The notes beneath the pieces were generated by a model. That model did not search any database. It saw only the letters and a list, made by a program, of their open reading frames with translations, and had not been told where the DNA came from. Position numbers and translations under genes: made by a program. This document shows positions 56,741 through 64,000 of a stretch of DNA of 64,000 bases, piece by piece. Numbering within the stretch: the stretch's first letter is position 1; each line of letters opens with the position of its first letter. The stretch is from assembly GCA_964016885.1 (NCBI GenBank), contig OZ024743.1, positions 174,530,001 to 174,594,000 of the forward strand. The letters are read 5' to 3'. Source of the DNA: Eledone cirrhosa (taxonomy: Eukaryota).

Positions 56741-59700
56741 CCTGTTACATAGGATGTAGGTAGTCTTTGATATACTGTACCTGTTATATAGGATGTATGT
56801 AGTCTTTGGTATACTGTACCTGTTACATAGGATGTAGGTAGTCTTTGATATACTGTACCTGTTATATAGGATGTAGGTAGTCTTTGATATACTGTAACTA
56901 TTATATAGGATGTAGGTAGTCTTTGATATACTGTACCTGCTATATAGGATGTAGGTAGTCTTTGATATACTCTACCTGTTATATGAGATGTAGGAAGTCT
57001 TTGATATACTCTACCTGTTATATAGGATGTAGGTAGTCTTTGATATACTGTACCTGTTATATAGGATGTAGGTAGTCTGTGATATACTGTACCTGTTATA
57101 TAGGATGTACGTAGTCTTTGATATGCTGTACCTGTTATATGAGATGTAGGAAGTCTTTGATATACTCTACCTGTTATATAGGATGTAGGTAGTCTTTGAT
57201 ATACTGTACCTGTTATATAGGATGTAGGTAGTCTTTGATATACTGTACCTGTTATATAGGATGTAGGTAGTCTTTGATATACTGTACCTGTTATATAGGA
57301 TGTATGTAGTCTTTGGTATACTGTACCTGTTACATAGGATGTAGGTAGTCTTTGATATACTGTACCTGTTATATAGGATGTAGGTAGTCTTTGATATACT
57401 GTACCTGTTATATAGGATGTAGGTAGTATTTGATATACTGTACCTGTTATATAGGATGTAGGTAGTCTTTGATATACTGTACCTGTTATATAGGATGTAG
57501 GTAGTCTTTGATATACTGTACATGTTAAATAGGATGTAGGTAGTCTTTGATATACTGTACCTGTTATATAGGATGTAGGTAGTCTTTGATATACTGTACC
57601 TGTTATATAGGATGTAGGTAGTCTTTGATATACTGTACCTGTTATATAGGATGTAGGTAGTGTTTGATATACTGTACCTGTTATATAGGATGTAGGTAGT
57701 CTTTGATATACTGTACCTGTTATAAATGATGTAGGTAGTCTTTGATATACTGTACCTGTTACATAGGATGTAGGTAGTCTTTGATATACTGTACCTGTTA
57801 TATAGGATGTATGTAGTCTTTGGTATACTGTACCTGTTACATAGGACGTAGGTAGTCTTTGATATACTGTACCTGTTATATAGGATGTAGGTAGTCTTTG
57901 ATATACTGTACCTATTATATAGGATGTAGGTAGTCTTTGATATACTGTACCTGTTACATAGGATGTAGGTAGTCTTTGATATACTGTACCTGTTATATAG
58001 GATGTAGGTAGTCTTTGATATACTGTACCTGTTACATAGGATGTAGGTAGTCTTTGATATACTGTACCTGTTATATAGGATGTAGGTAGTCTTTGATATA
58101 CTGTACCTGTTATATAGGATGTAGGTAGTCTTTGATATACTGTACCTGTTATATAGGATGTAGGTAGTCTTTGATATACTGTACCTGTTATATAGGATGT
58201 AGGAAGTCTTTGATATACTTTACCTGTTATATAGGATGTAGGTAGTCTTTGATATACTGTACCTGTTACATAGGATGTAGGTAGTCTTTGATATACTGTA
58301 CCTGTTATATAGGATGTAGGTAGTCTTTGATATACTGTACCTGTTATATAGGATGTAGGTAGTCTTTGATATACTGTACCTGTTATATAGGATGTAGGTA
58401 GTCTTTGATATACTGTACCTGTTATATAGGATGTACGTAGTCTTTGATATACTGTACCTGTTATATGAGATGTAGGAAGTCTTTGATATACTGTACCTGT
58501 TATATAGGATGTAGGTAGTCTTTGATATACTGTACCTGTTATATGAGATGTAGGAAGTTTTTGATATACTGTACCTGTTATATAGGATGTAGGTAGTCTT
58601 TGATATACTGTACCTGTTATATAGGATGTAGGTAGTCTTTGATATACTGTAGCTGTTAAATAGGATGTAGGTAGTCTTTGATATACTGTACCTGTTATAT
58701 AGGATGTAGGTAGTCTTTGATATACTGTACCTGTTACATAGGATGTAGGTAGTCTTTGATATACTGTACCTGTTATATAGGATGTATGTAGTCTTTGGTA
58801 TACTGTACCTGTTACATAGGATGTAGGTAGTCTTTGATATACTGTACCTGTTATATAGGATGTAGGTAGTCTTTGATATACTGTACATGTTAAATAGGAT
58901 GTAAGTAGTCGTTGATATACTGTAGCTGTTATATAGGATGTAGGTAGTCTTTGATATACTGTACCTGTTATATAGGATGTAGGTAGTCTTTGATATACTG
59001 TACCTGTTATATAGGATGTAGGTAGTCTTTGATATACTGTACCTGTTATATAGGATGTAGGTAGTCTTTGATATACTGTACCTGTTATATAGGATGTAGG
59101 TAGTCTTTGAAATACTGTACCTATTATATGAGATGTAGGAAGTCTTTGATATACTGTACCTGTTATATAGGATGTAGGTAGTCTTTGATATACTGTACCT
59201 GTTATATAGGATGTAGGTAGTCTTTGATATACTGTACATGTTAAATAGGATGTAGGTAGTCCTTGATATACTGTACCTGTTATATAGGATGTAGGTAGTC
59301 TTTGATATACTGTACCTGTTATATAGGATGTAGGTAGTCTTTGATATACTGTACCTGTTGTATAGGATCTAGGTAGTGTTTGATATACTGTACCTGTTAT
59401 ATAGGATGTAGGTAGTCTTTGATATACTGTACCTGTTATATATGATGTAGGTAGTCTTTGATATACTGTACCTGTTACATAGGATGTAGGTAGTCTTTGA
59501 TATACTGTACCTGTTATATAGGATGTATGTAGTCTTTGGTATACTGTACCTGTTACATAGGATGTAGGTAGTCTTTGATATACTGTACCTGTTATATAGG
59601 ATGTAGGTAGTTTTGATATACTGTACCTGTTATATAGGATGTAGGTAGTCTTTGATATACTGTACCTTTTATATAGGATGTAGGTAGTCTTTGATATACT

Positions 59701-62700
59701 GTACCTGTTATATAGGATGTAGGTAGTCTTTGAAATACTGTACCTATTATATGAGATGTAGGAAGTCTTTGATATACTGTACCTGTTATATAGGATGTAG
59801 GTAGTCTTTGATATACTGTACCTGTTAAATAGGATGTAGGTAGTCTTTGATATACTGTACCTGTTATATAGGATGTAGGTAGTCTTTGATATACTGTACC
59901 TGTTACATAGGATGTAGGTAGTCTTTGATATACTGTACCTGTTATATAGGATGTAGGTAGTCTTTGATATACTGTACCTGTTATATAGGATGTAGGTAGT
60001 GTTTGATATACTGTACCTGTTACATAGGATGTATATAGTCTTTGATATACTGTACCTGTTATATAGGATGTAGGTAGTCTTTGATATACTGTACCTGTTA
60101 TATAGGATCTAGGTAGTCTTTGATATACTGTACCTGTTATATAGGATGTAGGTAGTCTTTGATATACTGTACCTGTTATATAGGATGTAGGTAGTCTTTG
60201 ATATACTGTACCTGTTACATAGGATGTAGGTAGTCTTTGATATACTGTACCTGTTATATATGATGTAGGTAGTCTTTGATATACTGTACCTGTTATATAG
60301 TATGTAGGTAGTCTTTGATATACTGTACCTGTTATATATGATGTAGGTAGTCTTTGATATACTGTACCTGTTACATAGGATGTAGGTAGTCTTTGATATA
60401 CTGTACCTGTTATATAGGATGTATGTAGTCTTTGGTATACTGTACCTGTTACATAGGATGTAGGTAGTCTTTGATATACTGTACCTGTTATATAGGATGT
60501 AGGTAGTCTTTGATATACTGTACCTGTTATATAGGATGTAGGTAGTCTTTGAAATACTGTACCTATTATATGAGATGTAGGAAGTTTTTGATATACTGTA
60601 CCTGTTATATAGGATGTAGGTAGTCTTTGATATACTGTACCTGTTATATAGGATGTAGGTAGTCTTTGATATACTGTACCTGTTAAATAGGATGTAGGTA
60701 GTCTTTGATATACTGTACCTGTTATATAGGATGTAGGTAGTCTTTGATATACTGTACCTGTTATATAGGATGTAGGTAGTCTTTGATATACTGTACCTGT
60801 TACATAGGATGTAGGTAGTCTTTGATATACTGTACCTGTTATATAGGATGTAGGTAGTCTTTGATATACTGTACCTGTTATATAGGATGTAGGTAGTCTT
60901 TGATATACTGTACCTGTTATATAGGATGTAGGTAGTCTTTGATATACTGTACCTGTTATATAGGATGTAGGAAGTCTTTGATATACTTTACCTGTTATAT
61001 AGGATGTAGGTAGTCTTTGATATACTGTACCTGTTATATAGGATGTAGGTAGTCTTTGATATACTGTACCTGTTATATAGGATGTAGGTAGTCTTTGATA
61101 TACTGTACCTGTTATATAGGATGTAGGTAGTCTTTGATATACTGTACCTGTTATATAGGATGTACGTAGTCTTTGATATACTGTACCTGTTATATGAGAT
61201 GTAGGAAGTCTTTGATATACTGTACCTGTTATATAGGATGTAGGTAGTCTTTGATATACTGTACCTGTTATATGAGATGTAGGAAGTTTTTGATATACTG
61301 TACCTGTTATATAGGATGTAGGTAGTCTTTGATATACTGTACCTGTTATATAGGATGTAGGTAGTCTTTGATATACTGTACCTGTTAAATAGGATGTAGG
61401 TAGTCTTTGATATACTGTACCTGTTATATAGGATGTAGGTAGTCTTTGATATACTGTACCTGTTACATAGGATGTAGGTAGTCTTTGATATACTGTACCT
61501 GTTATATAGGATGTATGTAGTCTTTGGTATACTGTACCTGTTACATAGGATGTAGGTAGTCTTTGATATACTGTACCTGTTATATAGGATGTAGGTAGTC
61601 TTTGATATACTGTACCTGTTATATAGGATGTAGGTAGTATTTGATATACTGTATCTGTTATATAGGATGTAGGTAGTCTTTGATATACTGTACCTGTTAT
61701 ATAGGATGTAGGTAGTCTTTGATATACTGTACATGTTAAATAGGATGTAGGTAGTCTTTGATATACTGTACCTGTTATATAGGATGTAGGTAGTCTTTGA
61801 TATACTGTACCTGTTATATAGGATGTAGGTAGTCTTTGATATACTGTACCTGTTATATAGGATGTAGGTAATGTTTGATATACTGTACCTGTTATATAGG
61901 ATGTAGGTAGTCTTTGATATACTGTACCTGTTATATATGATGTAGGTAGTCTTTGATATACTGTACCTGTTACATAGGATGTAGGTAGTCTTTGATATAC
62001 TGTACCTGTTATATAGGATGTATGTAGTCTTTGGTATACTGTACCTGTTACATAGGATGTAGGTAGTCTTTGATATACTGTACCTGTTATATAGGATGTA
62101 GGTAGTCTTTGATATACTGTACCTATTATATAGGATGTAGGTAGTCTTTGATATACTGTACCTGTTACATAGGATGTAGGTAGTCTTTGATATACTGTAC
62201 CTGTTATATAGGATGTAGGTAGTCTTTGATATACTGTACCTGTTACATAGGATGTAGGTAGTCTTTGATATACTGTACCTGTTACATAGGATGTAGGTAG
62301 TCTTTGATATACTGTACCTGTTATATAGGATGTATGTAGTCTTTGGTATACTGTACCTGTTACATAGGATGTAGGTAGTCTTTGATATACTGTACCTGTT
62401 ATATAGGATGTAGGTAGTCTTTGATATACTGTAACTATTATATAGGATGTAGGTAGTCTTTGATATACTGTACCTGCTATATAGGATGTAGGTAGTCTTT
62501 GATATACTCTACCTGTTATATGAGATGTAGGAAGTCTTTGATATACTCTACCTGTTATATAGGATGTAGGTAGTCTTTGATATACTGTACCTGTTATATA
62601 GGATGTAGGTAGTCTGTGATATACTGTACCTGTTATATAGGATGTACGTAGTCTTTGATATGCTGTACCTGTTATATGAGATGTAGGAAGTCTTTGATAT

Positions 62701-62950
62701 ACTCTACCTGTTATATAGGATGTAGGTAGTCTTTGATATACTGTACCTGTTATATAGGATGTAGGTAGTCTTTGATATACTGTACCTGTTATATAGGATG
62801 TAGGTAGTCTTTGATATACTGTACCTGTTATATAGGATGTATGTAGTCTTTGGTATACTGTACCTGTTACATAGGATGTAGGTAGTCTTTGATATACTGT
62901 ACCTGTTATATAGGATGTAGGTAGTCTTTGATATACTGTACCTGTTATAT
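53340..62950. repeat. Higher-order repeat, period 5537 bp (142 monomers)
   Basis: ORF coordinates 53702/59239, 55451/60988 and 57167/62704, and deletion monomers 54075/59612, all differ by 5537. The private variants of the 107-mer are absent from the right copy, so it may be a sister copy and not a direct duplicate. Confidence 0.8.
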
Positions 62951-64000
62951 AGGATGTAGGTAGTATTTGATATACTGTATCTGTTATATAGGATGTAGGT
63001 AGTCTTTGATATACTGTACCTGTTATATAGGATGTAGGTAGTCTTTGATATACTGTACATGTTAAATAGGATGTAGGTAGTCTTTGATATACTGTACCTG
63101 TTATATAGGATGTAGGTAGTCTTTGATATACTGTACCTGTTATATAGGATGTAGGTAGTCTTTGATATACTGTACCTGTTATATAGGATGTAGGTAATGT
63201 TTGATATACTGTACCTGTTATATAGGATGTAGGTAGTCTTTGATATACTGTACCTGTTATATATGATGTAGGTAGTCTTTGATATACTGTACCTGTTACA
63301 TAGGATGTAGGTAGTCTTTGATATACTGTACCTGTTATATAGGATGTATGTAGTCTTTGGTATACTGTACCTGTTACATAGGATGTAGGTAGTCTTTGAT
63401 ATACTGTACCTGTTATATAGGATGTAGGTAGTCTTTGATATACTGTACCTATTATATAGGATGTAGGTAGTCTTTGATATACTGTACCTGTTACATAGGA
63501 TGTAGGTAGTCTTTGATATACTGTACCTGTTATATAGGATGTAGGTAGTCTTTGATATACTGTACCTGTTACATAGGATGTAGGTAGTCTTTGATATACT
63601 GTACCTGTTACATAGGATGTAGGTAGTCTTTGATATACTGTACCTGTTATATAGGATGTATGTAGTCTTTGGTATACTGTACCTGTTACATAGGATGTAG
63701 GTAGTCTTTGATATACTGTACCTGTTATATAGGATGTAGGTAGTCTTTGATATACTGTAACTATTATATAGGATGTAGGTAGTCTTTGATATACTGTACC
63801 TGCTATATAGGATGTAGGTAGTCTTTGATATACTCTACCTGTTATATGAGATGTAGGAAGTCTTTGATATACTCTACCTGTTATATAGGATGTAGGTAGT
63901 CTTTGATATACTGTACCTGTTATATAGGATGTAGGTAGTCTGTGATATACTGTACCTGTTATATAGGATGTACGTAGTCTTTGATATGCTGTACCTGTTA
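61480..64000. repeat. Higher-order tandem duplication, period 1326 bp (34 monomers), truncated by the window end
   Basis: GGTAATGTTT at ~61867/63193, TGTATCTG at ~61650/62976, and ACATG at 61734/63060. Confidence 0.88.

Larger units (their letters stand above)
2770..59619. repeat. Twelve dispersed 38-bp monomers (GTAGTTTTGAT, C deleted) at ~2800, 5685, 11066, 17266, 23856, 26858, 30874, 34461, 41987, 49903, 54075, 59612
   Basis: Read directly. The spacings 2885, 5381, 6200, 6590, 3002, 4016, 3587, 7526, 7916, 4172 and 5537 all equal n x 39 - 1 (n = 74, 138, 159, 169, 77, 103, 92, 193, 203, 107, 142). Confidence 0.95.
1..64000. repeat. 39-bp tandem satellite array, 1641 monomers plus 13 bp, single orientation, extends beyond both window edges
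   Basis: The consensus ACTGTACCTGTTATATAGGATGTAGGTAGTCTTTGATAT recurs every 39 bp from base 1 to the end. The length balances exactly: 1641x39 - 12 + 13 = 64000. Monomers are consensus or differ by a few substitutions. Confidence 0.99.

Noticed and set aside
1846-63060. Minus-strand ORFs of YNRYSISKTTYIL repeats
   Set aside because: This is a second reading of the same satellite, with starts and stops created by sporadic variants.
1-64000. CRISPR array (unit length is in the CRISPR repeat range and weakly palindromic)
   Set aside because: The repeats abut directly, with no unique spacers, leader or cas genes.
1-64000. Telomerase-synthesised telomeric repeat
   Set aside because: There are no GGG runs and the unit is longer than typical templates. 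Variants are inherited in multi-kb blocks and not reset to a template.
1-64000. Hidden insertion, inversion, transposon or RNA gene inside the array
   Set aside because: The register arithmetic accounts for all 64000 bases, and I saw no reverse-oriented or non-repeat stretch.
1-64000. Variant pattern as an encoded message or programmed diversification (diversity-generating retroelement, antigenic cassettes)
   Set aside because: The variants are not adenine-specific and no reverse transcriptase, recombinase or expression site is present. Nested duplication explains the pattern.

Overview
The whole window is one uninterrupted head-to-tail satellite array. The 39-bp consensus on the + strand is ACTGTACCTGTTATATAGGATGTAGGTAGTCTTTGATAT (33% GC; 25/39 bases are G or T). 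The array runs off both edges. Counting by register gives 1641 complete monomers plus 13 bp. Twelve monomers are 38 bp because they share one 1-bp deletion, and I found no other net indel. I saw no unique sequence, inversion, transposon, RNA gene, CRISPR spacer or credible protein-coding gene. The long minus-strand ORFs arise because 39 is a multiple of 3 and two frames of the consensus lack a stop. The information lies in a few dozen recurrent point variants. They record nested, irregular higher-order duplications (periods of 21, 34, 44, 66, 74, 77, 92, 107 and 142 monomers), a ~11-kb block re-copied ~31 kb away, a conserved landmark cassette and a subfamily boundary near 9-10 kb. This looks like eukaryotic heterochromatic satellite (centromeric, pericentromeric or subtelomeric). 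I cannot name the family or organism, and the sequence gives no support for a new gene-based system. Duplication boundaries were read by eye and are approximate to about one monomer.
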